A stretch of 64,000 bases of DNA from Balanoglossus misakiensis (lineage: Eukaryota > Animalia > Hemichordata). This document shows positions 46,339 through 61,000 of the stretch, piece after piece. The notes beneath the pieces were generated by a model. The model ran no database searches. It was not told where the DNA came from and worked only from the letters and a program-made list of their open reading frames with translations. A program made the translations under genes and the position numbers. Location of the stretch: positions 6,143,244 through 6,207,243 of the forward strand of contig CM082597.2 of assembly GCA_040954595.2 (NCBI GenBank), written 5' to 3'. Position 1 is the stretch's first letter. Every line of letters begins with the position of its first letter.

Positions 46339-46381
<43 letters not shown>

Positions 46382-49300
46382 AGACTTGTAGATAATGGAC
46401 AATAATTTTACATTTTTCCCCTAAAATTTTGATAACGACTTGTAGACTATGGAAAATTATGCACATGTGGTCTAACATTAAGGGGAAAAATTGGGAAAAA
46501 TGTGTGATTATGATAAAAATGTGACAGTGGCAAATGTGTCGTTCAAAGGGTAATGACAATATGCATGTTAAAGACTTCACTAACCTGAGTCTTGACTGGT
46601 TACTGGACACCCTTGTGATGCAGTATTTATTGGTAACATAGAAATTATCCCCATATGGTATACCATGGTTGACTATTTCAGTTTCTACCACATAACACTG
46701 TCCTTCTTTGCTCAAATCTTTGCAGTAGGTCTGTGTCATAAGATCACAAGAAATACCATTAGTAACAAGGACTTACTGTTTCTTTTAAAGGGACGTTAGC
46801 AGTAACTTTTGGCTTTATTTCCAGTATTTATCTTCTGTGTACCAAATGAAATTTCTTGTTCTACTCCGAACAGCATGTTAATATACCCAGTACTCCACTT
46901 GTCAAACATAGCCTGTTTGTGTGTAACGGCCATTGTAATTGTTGACAAATGAATTCTAGTCTGGACTTGGATTCAAATTTTGCACAATAACATTTCTGAC
47001 TATACATATGTACTAATAGACTGCATACTGGATACTGGGCATTTCATCATGCTTCAGAGATCGACTTCAAGAGGTATGTGGCTTTATTGGGCCAGTGGCA
47101 TGCATGATGCTAGACGTCGTTTTGGAAGCAAAGCGGACAAAATACGGCCAGATACTAGACTCTACCAATTTATATACAACAATAAATATTGATGCGATAC
47201 ATTCAGCGGTGAAAATAAGTGCACGTTGACATGTCATGGACTTCACTGAAGCTACTTACTGATGACCTCTGACATGCATTAATGGGCTTGCAAATGAAAG
47301 TTTTATGTTTTGTGACAAGTGAAATGAGAATGATGTCTACATACAGGAAAGTTGCCATAGATACTGCTATTATTCTGATAATGATTGCATTCAGGGATTG
47401 AACTGAAGTGGTTTCATGTGCACAGGCTGACTTTTTTGCTACATGAATTGGTATGAGGGGTTCAAATACTGGTATTTGGGGGGTTCAAATCCTAGTAGGG
47501 ATGTGATATTACAAACTTTGATTCAGTGTCATGATACAAGAAGATAGTAACGTCTTTTCCTGTCAACTGTAGCATTAGAATATAAGCACAGTAAAACTCC
47601 AATTATCCGAACTGACAGGGGGACATTGATTTTGTTCAGATAGGCAGACAGTTCAGTTATTCAGATAGCGATTGTATACAATAGAACTGTTTGGGGGACA
47701 TGACAGCAGTTCGGATAACCAAACAATTCGGATAATTGGAGTTCGGATAATTGGAGTTTTACTGTGTGTGATTATGGTACCACTACAGTAATCATACTCG
47801 TGGCAATCGGTGTTTACAGGAAAAGACGCTGTTTCCATCTCCCTGTTCAATGAACACTGAATCGAAATTTGTGACAATGCCACCCCTAAACACTGAATTG
47901 ATCAAGCTTTGTGAATATTTCCTTGTGTTGTGGATGGATTAAACCATCAGGAATAGGGGGGGAGGTGTTTAATTGCTATGTTATTGTTTCAAAATGGATT
48001 ATTTGAGCATGAAATGACAGCAGTGTGGTCTTAAAATGATCGACAAAGGCTAAAGAATTAAATTACAGTGACTGATTGAAGCAGATGTGGAGATCATTGG
48101 CACAAGAAGTGGAATAGTGAAATATAAAAGCAGAATTACGTATGGCTGTATATAAAAAGTGATTTTTTTAGCATTTACTTAAAAAAATCTTTAAACAAAT
48201 ATTGACACAAAACTCCATTTTTTGGTACATTTTTGAATCTCTTCAGACAAATAATTGCTATGATTCAGCAATTTTGTTCACTTTACCAAGTATTACTCAA
48301 AGGCTTCGATATATTTATATTGATGCTTGAGGGCGCTGTTAGCCATTGTTTGTTCGTTCCAGGAGTGTTGACATTATCAATCTTTCTATTTGTGACTATG
48401 GTCTAAATACAGGAATACATACAATGCACTCTGCATTATATTGTGAAAACACTTGTTTCATAGGGTGAGTTTAATCAGACACTTTCGTGCAATATTGGGC
48501 TCTTTAAGAACATTATCTTTGCACCCCAAAACACACAGCTTAGTTTACTTAAAGTTTAAAGGGACATAAGCTGTAACTTTTGACTTGTTTTCCAGTATTT
48601 TTGTTATGTATATCAAATGCGATTTCTTTTTCTACTCCAGTAAGTAGTAAGCAATATATAGAAACTGAAGACTGAACATTTCATAAAGCTCTCCAGAGTA
48701 GAACAAGAAACTGGAGTTGATACACAAGAGAAAAAAATGGAAAAAATAACTAAAAGTTAAGGGTTACTGGGGCTTTGATCAAGCATTGTGGCAACCTCAA
48801 TCAACAAGCATACCTGGGGATATCTATCCTTTCTCTATTTTCATGCAAATGCTATCATCCGAGCTATTCAGAAAATGTAAACATTACTTGACCTGGCAAC
48901 AACATCTACAGGCAGACATCAAACAGCCAGATGTCTGTCGAGTATGTAATAAATTTCTTTCCAGAAATCTTTCTGATTGATTGATTACCACCAGCAAATG
49001 TTCCAGCCAAGTCAATGTTTACGACTAACATGCGTGGTAAATTTAGGAACAAATTTACAAACCACCTGTAGTATAAAGTAAGCAATATATTTCTGTTTAC
49101 TTTCATCTAAGGCTTTTACTAAATTCTCCCTAAATGGTTGGAGGTTTCATGCAATGCTCTACTTCATATTTTGAGGGGATATAATTGTCACTCACAGCCA
49201 TCTGCTTCAAATTGTCAGCTCATTTTTTAAAACAATCTAGCTTACGAAAAGGTGCCCTCAAGATTTATGTCTTTCAGTTGAAATTCAGGGTTGTAAGAAA

Positions 49301-52300
49301 TATTGTAAAAAAAGTAATGTACTGTTGAATTTTAGGATTGTATTAAAAAATTGTAAAAAAAATGACTTGAATATCATTGTTGTATGAAATATTGTAAAAA
49401 AAGTAATGTACTGTTGAATTTTAGGGTTGTATTAAAAAATTGTAAAAAAATGACTGTTGAATTTCAGGGTTGTACAAAAAATTGCTATAAAGAGTCACGT
49501 TGGGTTGTAGGAAAAATCGTTACAAAAAGTAACATTCTGTTAAAAATACTGAAAAGAGACAAAAGTTGACAAAGAAATGGAGCCTTAATGTCAGATTAAA
49601 TGACTAGAGATGATTAGCATATTAAAGATAAGCACCTGGACTTCGGATGATTCAGAGGTCTTGGGTCCGAATGAAGCAAATAACGTGAGTGTATAAGTCA
49701 TGTTGCGCACCATTTTGTGTTTATCATCTTGCCAGGGGAACATAACTATGTCTGAAAGAATTATGAGAATGGGGAAAGAAGAAACATGAGTAGGATGGAA
49801 TGATGGGAGACAAACAGGGGGCGGGTGGTGAACGAGGTAAAACACTGGTATGGAGGTTTTCAGAAGCATTGTACGCTGATGCACCCCTACGAAAAAAGGA
49901 ATGGTTGATCCCGGGTTATGTCACAGCCAATCAAATCGTTTCCTTCGTTTTAAGGACAAACCGGTTCCCATCATGCATCTAGGTTCCCATCATGCATCAC
50001 TATTGTGTCCCAAACCTGAATATCCATCACTACTATATTTCCAAAACAGTAAACAGAGTTCAACAAAACAATAGAGTTTAAACAGCTATCTGGTTTCGCT
50101 AGATTGTCCCTAGCTTATCAGGACATATGCGTCATTTCTTTTTATTGCCAATTTTTTGTTCTCCTTTGTGAGAAGTCTTTTCAAAATCTGTGACAAAAGA
50201 GATGACGGTACTTTCAATTATACCGAATGCTATTGCCAACTGGTTGAACTCTCCTGAAGTAATAATGTTTAGAGTGAAGCCTATCTATTAAGGACACTTA
50301 TGGGACAAGAAAAATTGTCCTTAATATAGAGGTGTCCTTAATAGACAGGTAATATTCAATTCAGAGACATTTGTCTCAAAAATCTGTCCTTAATAGAGAG
50401 GTATCCTGATTAGAGAGATGTCCGTAATAACAGGTTTCACTGTAAATGTAATGGGACATGCGACTTGGACTGTACCATTCCTTATTACGTAGGGGGGTTG
50501 TACAATGCTTCTGAGGGATTAAAACGCTACAGTGTGCAGGTGGGTGTGGTTGCTTGGTGTACGACACTACGGGGTTGAGAGACTCCACCTGTGTCCCTGT
50601 GGTTGGTACAGTCGTCGGTCCGATCTTGGACGGGTTTGTGACGATGTAACTGACTTGTCGTATCGCTCGGTCGCTACTCACCGGCTCCCAGGGTTCAACC
50701 TTATAATCTGAATGGAACGGACCTTGGTTATGTCATATGGTCTTGTCTCTCAATTCTCACTGCACAGTTGTCCTCATTCACTGCCACAACCATCAAATGA
50801 TTACCCCTATTTGAAATCAGTTTTACGTCCCTTGTTTTGTTTCACTTGGTAGGACGACTCAAAAATTTAAAATATGATAATATTCCTGATTTGTCGTTAT
50901 AAATAATGCAAATGTAAGTTCATATAATGTGTTTGTGGCAATAAAAGATTTTTTTTTCAAGTCTCAAACTGGACAGTCAAATTCCCAGGCTTTGGTTTGA
51001 CAATACAGCCTCCATTTATACAGTAGCTATTGGTGAACACAGAATTAAAGGGACAAAGTCTCTCTCGCGCTGCCCTTTTTCTATTAATTATGTTTGATAC
51101 AAGACACCGTTTATGTTAATGTACATGTGTATATGTAGTGAATGAACGTTCAACCACACACAACTTGGATCCCACTTGTATGATATGAGAGTAAAAATCT
51201 CTGAGTCGCCAAAATGAATAAATGGTAAAGACCAATTATTCATTTGGGCGAGTTTTTCACTCTCGTGTCTACAAGTGGGATGGAAGTTGTGTAAGGTCGA
51301 ATGTTGATTCACTACATATCCACAAGTAGAATAACATAAACGGTGTCTTGTTGGAAAAAGGCAGCAAGAGAGAGACTTTGTCCCTTTAAAGTCTGGACTT
51401 GGTGTTGAACAGTTTATGCTAAACGTGAACTCCTGTACAGACTGTGTTAGCAAGACCATTATTGGGAATTTTGACATGATTTAAGGGAAGAGGTCGTCGC
51501 GGCGCGTGGGCGTCCCCCCTCAATGAGAATATGCCCTCCCATACCAGCACAAACCTCACTGCAGTCACCACGACCTACTAGGATCTTCAGTTGCTGACAT
51601 GCCCAGTCTACGCTACGGTTGGCTGCTTCGTTCATTCTAAGAATGATCTTATTTGAGGGATTTGTGGATGAATTGTACTGTTTATAAACAAACAAACGCG
51701 GCGCGACGACCCCTTCACTTTAATATTACAAGAAAATTTGAGATTGATATATGGAACGTAAATAATCCAATTTTTTTAAATATTACATATTCATTTACTG
51801 CCCTATTCAGCAAAATTGAACAAGTGAATTAGAGATTGATACATGGAACACAAATTATCCAGTTTTTTTAAAACCCTCATAGCTGCCAAATTTCACATTT
51901 TTTTTCCACAGTTATATCCTTCAAATATACAATGTATTCCTCTAAAATCCTTTGCATCATTTTGTCATCTCTTGGTGACACATACCACGATAGCTGCGTA
52001 CTGTTTGTTTGGAGGCTGATTAAATCGGTGCGGCACCGTTTTAATACACAACAAACTGCAACATGCTGTCACAATCGGGCATCGATAAGGTGTTCATGTA
52101 TACCTATCAGTAAGCTTATTTAGATGGACCAATTTAAGCTGGAATATAAAATCGTGAAATAAATGCAAAAAGTGGCAGCTCTAGAGGCTTTAAATGTTAC
52201 AGATTCATTTACTGCCCTGTAGGACTTTCCCTTTCCGAGTGTTTATACTCACTCATGGTTTTCCTGGTTTCCAGGAATTCCCTGTAGAAAGTGTTTGTTT

Positions 52301-55300
52301 CTGAGAAGAGCATTTCGAAGAGTTTAGCCGCTGAAAAGTCATAGATTTCGTTGATACACTTGCGTCCTGGGTGCTCCGAGCAAGGACATACCACTTCACC
52401 TGATGAGGAAAAAAAAACAAAAAAATAAAAATGAGTATTTTCACCCCTTTACAGTTACACCCCCATTTTCCTACAAATGGGTCCAACCATGCCTTTAAAA
52501 ACAGCATGGTTGAACCAATCGGTGGAGGTGAATGGGTAGTTTTTCAAATTAAAGTTACCATAGCAACCAAAGCGTGTCTTGTCACCATACCAACCTTGTG
52601 TGTTTGTGGCTTCCTTACACATGTCCATATCACTCTACCATACACTCATACCAATGAGACTTTCTAACACTACTGGCAGTAGAAGCTTTTAACATGTCTA
52701 TAGGCTGAGCACTAGCTCCTCCACACACTCACATTTGAATGTCATACCAGTGTACGATCTCGTACTGTGGCAACGACATTAAGTATTCAATCAACCAATA
52801 TATCAATCAATCAATTACAATCCCCCGAGTTCATTAGCATGATTCAGAAACACGTAGTATTTAGTACCAATGAACACATTTTGTGTATTTACTATCCTAT
52901 TATACTGGGCGGAGCTACAGCCTGGATTACTGCTATTGGTAAATTACTTATTCACTGGGAGTGCATGTCTTATTATGCAATGTCACCTGCACAGTGATTC
53001 AGTATCAAGTTCTGGCTGCATGACTTGTTGACTGTGCAAACACATGTAAAGTACATCACTTTATGATGAGTCATGGGTCATGTGATAGACAGACATTCAG
53101 GTCACAGTTACCAAAGACCCCATTCATTATTAACAGTTTCCGTGCCAAAGTCAAAACTTGTCGTCATTGTTCCAAAATTTACATCTCACAAATTTTTCCA
53201 TATTTTTGCAAAAATTTTGATTAAAACCTGTAGGCAACGGCAAATTATATCTACTTGGTCCAAAATTATGGAACAAATTGCAGAAAAATGCATGAAAAAT
53301 GAGGAAATGTTGCACTGACATTCGGACAGGTCAAACTATGGCGTTTACAGGGTTTAAACTGACCAGACTATGCTTAGTATGACACTCCAGTATACGACTA
53401 AAGACTAGAATTTTGAGACTATCAAACTGAGAAACTTTAAAAACTTCTTTGGGTCAGCCATTATCATATATGCTGAGGTAAGAAAATCTGTTAAACGATC
53501 ATTTCATTGTCTTCCGGATGACTCCCAAGGTCAGTGGGTTTGTAATAACTCTAGTGGTTCCGTCTTCAAGTAACTACACAACTATTCAGCAAGTTATCAG
53601 GAAAGGGCTGACTTCTGCTCACCACACACAAAAATTCACCATCTTGACACTCAACCACAGCATTCATTAATCCTACATGTATATGAAATATGAAAATTGT
53701 CGATCTTCATTAAAAACAGAAGCACAATGATTTAGGAATATTTCTAGACTGATATTAGCGCACAGTGCTGTTAGCATTCCTTCTCTCCTAGACATCTGCA
53801 CAAAAGCTGTTTCATTCTCACGACACGCAAATATCTCAAAACAAACTTTGCTATTATTCTGTCACAAGCAAACCCTGGATTAGGTTACAGGATAATACAC
53901 AACTGGTGTGTACACTGGTTTCAAGCAAACACGCAATGTATAACACAATACCGTTTAGGTCTAGAGGTAATGTCAAATACAGACTGTATGTAGACCATTT
54001 TCGAAGACACTGCGATACAAATATCGCGCGTAGCTAGACAGTTTCTATGGGAGGACATTCTCATTGATATTAAAGTTACAATCTCTGCACCGATTTTAGT
54101 GCCATACAACAAAGGCTGACTTGCATTACTTAGCTAGAACCTGTTGCCATGGTAATAAATAAACTTGCAAGATCTATTGACTGACATGGTCTACGGGAGG
54201 CTGGGATTAAAATATTTGTGGAGTTCTAGTTTAGACCTGGTTATTTTGTTGAGTTTTTTTTTTTTTGCCTGTCCAAGATGTACCAGTTCTTCTTAGAATG
54301 TGAAGTTGAGTGCAGTAGATGCAGCCACGAAAACAAACCAATCCTCAATATCTTCAACAAATAACAGATTATGTAATTATACTTTTTGTTATCAGAGCAA
54401 ATAACAGTTAAATGAGATAACTGATGGTTAAACACAAACATATTATCAGCCTCTGATTGTGGCCGTACATTTAAATATGAAAAATTTAAATAATAAACGG
54501 GTGCCACACCAGTTTATTCCACTGCCCATTGTAAGACTCTATTGTGGTATGCACACAAAGGTATTAAAATCCCCTACAAAGTCAAAATACTGTCATTACA
54601 GTCAATTGTAGACTAAGAATAAGGAGAATATTGAAATATTTTTTATCGTAAATAGTAGAAATAGCAGCTATTTTGAGCTTTAATGAGTCATAGAAGAATA
54701 TATCGTATTTGATCCAACTAAAAGTGGAAATGTTGGCCGGGCAATCCCAGATAGAACAGCGGCTACTATTAGAAATGAAATGAAATGACGTGATCTTCAG
54801 GAGACTGCCATGGAAAGTTTTTGCTATTTATGATTCATTATTTTGGTGTGGTAAGATTTGCTTTGTTTCATTACAATGGTTTCTAAGATGGATTTAGAAA
54901 CTGTGTAAATGGTGTGACGTCATATTGTACACACTGCAGAGTCTACTAAATATACAATGAGCATCTATATATAGTTGTTGTGACGTCCTACGCTTTGTTT
55001 AGACCGGTCCCTGTTTAGACCAAAAGAAAGTTACTACTGACATGGACCCACAATAATCTATTGTTCTTTCAACAAAAGGAATTACAACAATACTTGACGT
55101 CACAGCCATTGTTATCCCAAATGCAGACTGGCTGGGTTCCAATGAATGAACTTAATACTACTGTAAAACGGGAAATTTTCCGCGAACGATAAATTTTTGG
55201 CGATCGAACTACGCGAGAGCCAAAAAAGCATGAAAATAAAAAAATCACGTAAAAATGTTTTTCGTGAGAACATGAACATTTATCGTCGCATAACAGTTGC

Positions 55301-58017
55301 CTCTTTTGATATCGCGAAAAATTTCCTGTCGCGAAAATTTCCCGTTTTACAGTAGTGATATTGGCTGAGTCAGAGTGAGTACTCTTATCACGGTATTCCA
55401 AATCAGGACTGAGACAATGAATGGCAAACCAGCAGATACATCTCCCGTGACACTGCACGAATCTAAAACAGAGCAGAAAACTGGAATATGCATGCAAATT
55501 TCCAAATTGGAAATTCTGGACGCTGAATGATTCAGAAGCCATGCAGGTATAGTGCAAAATGACGCATTGCATATCGCAATATTGAAATGTAATATTTAGG
55601 CCGTACATAATATAATTACAAGCTAGGACGTCATGCTGTGTAATTAAAGCAATATGGAAGATTTGATTGCAACTTGTGGAGGGAAGTATGTGTGTTGTGT
55701 ATGCAGTACAGCTATAAAAGGTAGAATATAATATGAGCAGATGTAATGACATACATAGTAGACAAAATGCTGATAAAGGCTCACTACCTGAAATAAGAAA
55801 TCATTACATGTGAGAATTTGACTGGCCTAGGTGGTCAGATCCTATTTCAGGTTGTGAGAATTTGACTGGCCTAGGTGGTCAGATCCTATTTCAGGTTGTG
55901 AGAATTTGACTGGCCTAGGTGGTCAGATCCTATTTCAGGTTGTGAGAATTTGACTGGCCTAGGTGGTCAGATCCTATTTCAGGTTGTGAGAATTTGACTG
56001 GCCTAGGTGGTCAGATCCTATTTCAGGTTGTGAGAATTTGACTGGCCTAGGTGGTCAGATCCTATTTCAGGTTGTGAGAATTGGACTGGCCTAGGTGGTC
56101 AGATCCTATTTCAGGTTGTGAGAATTTGACTGGCCTAGGTGGTCAGATCCTATTTCAGGTAGTGAGAATTTGACTGGCCTAGGTGGTCAGATCCTATTTC
56201 TGGTTGTGAGAATTGGACTGGCCTAGGTGGTCAGATCCTATTTCAGGTAGTGAGAATTTGACTGTCCTAGGTGGTCAGATCCTATTTCAGGTTGTGAGAA
56301 TTTAACTGGCCTAGGTGGTCAGATCCTATTTCAGGTTGTGAGAATTTAACTGTCCTAGGTGGTCAGATCCTATTTCAGGTTGTGAGAATTTAACTGGCCT
56401 AGGTGGTCAGATCCTATTTCAGGTAGTGAGAATTTGACTGGCCTAGGTGGTCAGATCCTATTTCAGGTTGTGAGAATTTAACTGGCCTAGGTGGTCAGAT
56501 CCTATTTCAGGTAGTGAGAATTGGACTGGCCTAGGTGGTCAGATCCTATTTCAGGTAGTGAGAATTGGACTGGCCTAGGTGGTCAGATCCTATTTCAGGT
56601 TGTGAGAATTGGACTGGCCTAGGTGGTCAGATCCTGTTTCAGGTTGTGAGAATTGGACTGGCCTAGGTGGTCAGATCCTGTTTCAGGTTGTGAGAATTGG
56701 ACTGGCCTAGGTGGTCAAATCCTATTTCAGGTTGTGAGAATTGGACTGAGTGCATGCATATAGCGTATTACCTGTATTGCTGTCCATACCACTGAAGTCA
56801 CTTGGAGTCAGTCCGCTACATCCAAACGTGTACTCTGTTTGTACACAGCCACAATGTGCAAGCATTGCCACAGAGTAAATTTTGTGATGAGAAGAATTGG
56901 AGGATGGTGGTGTCGTGAGTGATGGCAAGCAGGAGCAGTGATCACATTTTGTGTAAAACACACAGCATTTTAGGGTGTTTTATGAAGTGAGAAAGAGAGA
57001 GAGAAGAGACAAGGGTAAATTTGCATGATTTGCATGATTAACCAGATGTAGAGATGTGAGGGCTGATCCTGGATACTTCTGGTACTATTGCCAGTAGCAC
57101 CTTTTTCACTAACCTAAGTGGTTACATCACTTTTTGACAAACCTAGGTGGCAGTACAATTCTGGCTACCTTAAATAGGATTTTATTTCGTGCTAGGGGGT
57201 CAATTCGCTCTATAAAACTGCATTCTGGGTAAAAGGTCGACACCTCACTGTATTCATGAATTCCTTTTTTCAAAAATTATGTCTATAGTTAGTGCATTAA
57301 ACTTATTCAACTTTTTTCACACTTTATGTTACAAAGTTTCAGAATGACCCATCATCACTTTAGCTTATGAACTCCTATTCCTTAAACATGGCAAAAATCG
57401 GCCATCTTGAATTGTGTCGACCATACGAGATTTTCATCCCTCACCTAGGTAGCAAAAACCTACTTAAGATAGTGAGAATTGACTACAGTGGCAACATATT
57501 TCACTAACTTCGATACAAACAGATTTTCACTGACATGTACATACGTATCAACAGACAATAAGCTAGGGGGTCAACAATGGTGGACACACACGTACCTTCT
57601 CCGTCCGTGAAATCGCTTTCATCAGTCGGTAAATCATCGGATGCAGGTTTGGCTTTTTTGTTTTCGGGAATCTCTAATCTCGCGGGTTTTACGGGACTGG
57701 GCGTCGTGGGTACAGATTTGGGTGTTGTGGGTGTCCTGGCATGCTTCCCGGCTGGTTTGACTCTCACAGTGTCATTCGGTGTCCTTATATGGAGCGTTTC
57801 TTCGTGCTTGTTGGTGAAACTGATGTCAGATTCTGTGTTGAGGGAGGAGTCGTCTGCACCATATGCCGGACTCTGCACTGTAGAACTCTCCTGTTAAGGA
57901 TGTACGATGGGAAAAATGATTGCCATTTCTTTTAATTGTTGACTTTTGGATTATCCTTTGTATGTATAATGAAAATCAGAAAGAAAGAGAGAGAGAGAGA
58001 GAGGGAGAGAGAAGAGA

Positions 58018-58077
<60 letters not shown>

Positions 58078-61000
58078 AGAAAGAAAGAAAGAAAGAGAAA
58101 GAAAGAAAGAAAGAAAGAAAGAGAAAGAAAGAGAAAGAAAGAGAAAGAAAGAAAGAAAGAAAGAAAGAAGAAAGAAAGAAAGAAAGAGAAAGAAAGAAAG
58201 AAAGAAAGAGAAAGAAAGAAAGAAAGAAAGAGAAAGAAAGAGAAAGAAAGAGAAAGAAAGAAAGAAAGACAGAAAGAAAGAAAGAAAGAAAGAAAGTAAA
58301 CAAATAAACAAACAGACAATCTTACCTGGGCCGACTCGAGAGTTGTACTGCTTGGTGATTCAAGTGTCATATCGAATCTGTCCACAAACAGATTGACACC
58401 TTTGTTGGATTTCTTGTTACTTCCACTAATTTCCATGTTGGGCGTCGTGCCAATATTTTCCGTCTCTTCTTCCTTCACTCCGAGCAATGTGAATTCCGTG
58501 TCGTCTGATTCTACATGCGCTTCATCACCATAGTTCATTTTCACCCATGCCCAGAAATCTTGCGGCTGCATTGGCTGGTTCACAAAAACAAGAATCGAAA
58601 TCAGGACAAGATTAAAGGTATACTGTCACCTATGCAAATTTAGCCACAGTTACCATGGTAAAAGTGAGATCTAGCCAATCACAGATTTTCAGTGGGTGGC
58701 AGACGCGAAAAAAAGAGTGCCACCATAGGTTATTTAGAACGCCCAAATATGTCATTTCAGCCATATATGGGCGTATGTAAATTGGAGGTGACTGTATACC
58801 TTTAAAGGGACATTAGCTGTAACTTTTGGTTTTATTTCCAGTATTTTCATTCTGTATATCACATGCAATGTCTCTCTGTACTCTAAACAGCATGCTAATA
58901 AAATACCCAGTACAGTCCAACCTGTCTATAGTGGCCAGTCAAGGGACTTTCCTAAACTGGCCTTTATAGACAGGTGGCCTTTACATAGAGATTAATTAAT
59001 GCACATGTGAATTGCACAGGAACTGTAACAAAGTGGCCACTATGTAGAGGTGACCACTATAGGAGTGGCCACCATAACAGGGGTTTGACTGGACTCCACT
59101 TGTCAACATATCATGTATGTGTGTAATGGCCGCTGTTATTGTTGATAAATTAATTCTAGTCTAGACAATAACAATGTTGACTATACACATACACCTTGTG
59201 TTGATAAGCTAAATTCTGGGCATTTCATCATGCTTTATAAATTTGAACAAGAAACTGCAGTAGATACACAAAACAAAAATACTGAAAACAGCTAGCAGAG
59301 TTTAACGAAAGAAAGGTCTAGCTTTGCTGCACCACATTTCAGCTATTTCGTTGGCAACATAATGAGATGATCTTTTGACATTCAATAATGACACCATCAG
59401 AGAGCTCAGCACGAGACGAAATATCAGCATTTTTAAATTTCATTCAGAACAAAAATAACCCAGGAAAGCTGTTCAGTTATGGATTGTCTTGTTTCACAGT
59501 GTCAAACAGTCTGCCTGCTGCTGTTATGATGTCGAGTTCTCCGCGATTACACTGAAATAAAAGCACCAATCTGTCTGATATAAAATGCAACTCAGGTCTG
59601 GCTGTGCAATTATCTTGTCATTAGGAGCCGACAGGTCACGGAACAGACAGCTGATGTCACAAACAGGGCAGTAACTACCAGATATTTGCTCAATTTTCTG
59701 CGTTCAGCTTGTCAACAAATAGTGGCGTCCATGATTACAAAGAGTTCAACGCTAACTCTGGAAAGGCACAGATCAAACTACATATAATTTCAGCTTCGTA
59801 CTTTTGGCATCTATTCCTATTATACAGAAACATGAAAATCTATAGAAAGCTATAGAAGTCTATAGAACATTTTCCGTATGGGACCCAATCCAGACACTGG
59901 TTCTTTAACCCTTTCACCCCCAGATCTCTCTAAAGAAGTCCAACTTTGCCATGGAAAACAATGGGTTTTGGACTGCACCATGGTGGTGCAAGGGTTAATA
60001 TAAGATCTCTCTTACCTGATCTAGTAGTGCGTTTTGCCATAGTCGAAACAAAATCATAAAACTCTTGTCTCTTGATCCAAAAGATGTGAAGAAATACTGT
60101 GAAAGTGAGAACAGATGTGCAGATGATATTATTCCACTAGCAAATTTCACTTATTCTTTTCCACAATAAAATATGTCAAATCAGGAAATCTTTGCGATAT
60201 CAAACGGACAATTGTGACACAACGATTAATTTTCGTGTTCTCGCATTTCACTGCATCGATATCTCTAAAAAAAAAAAAAAACATTTTTAAGCGACTTTTA
60301 TTTTTTGCATTTTTTTGGCTCTTGTGAAGTTCGCAAAATTTATCGTTCCCCCAAAAATTTCCAGTTTTACAGTACATGTATGTCACACCAGCAAAAACCC
60401 AGGATGTAAGGTCACTCAGGGGTCACGAATTTGCCTATACTGACATCACCGCAGATGTGAACACAGCCATAGCCAACCTACCCTTTCACTGTCTGTACAT
60501 ATCTGTATTGCGTTTGGAATAACTCTGGCTGTCTTCTCTTTAGTTATTGCTGTGATGTCTCTGCATCTAATAGTAATCTGAAAGATAGAAGACAGTTTTC
60601 TGATCATACCTTTCTTCCAAAAATAAATAAAATTTGCAGACCCTACAATATTATTACTAAAAACAATACCTGTAGTAGTCTCTCTTTCATTCACGTACCA
60701 TTGCATTGTGAGGTCTGCTTTCAACTTGAGAAAAGTTGCATGATACAAACATTTATTAATTTATTCAGCCACATTGACCTCTTTGCTTATAGGTGTAGGG
60801 TCAAGGGTCAACAATTTCAGTGGCAAGCTACATGTACTTTGATGCTGGGGGGAGCTGTACTTTTTTAATATGGCAGGATCCATTTGTTATGTTATACAAT
60901 GCTATAACAAAATAATGACAATCACATATCACTCGTAAGGACTACCTAATCATGATTTAGTGGCATTACACTCGGCTGTTTCAATAAACCTGATAAAGTT

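Noticed and set aside
55069-55752. 227-aa minus-strand ORF inside a GRAMD1 intron, with a possible acceptor near 55462
   Set aside because: It runs through a MITE (55159-55353), has no domain, and no convincing donor was found.
57920-58396. K/E/R-rich and F/L/S-rich ORFs
   Set aside because: Translation of the (GAAA)n tract; only 58574-58326 on the minus strand is a real exon.
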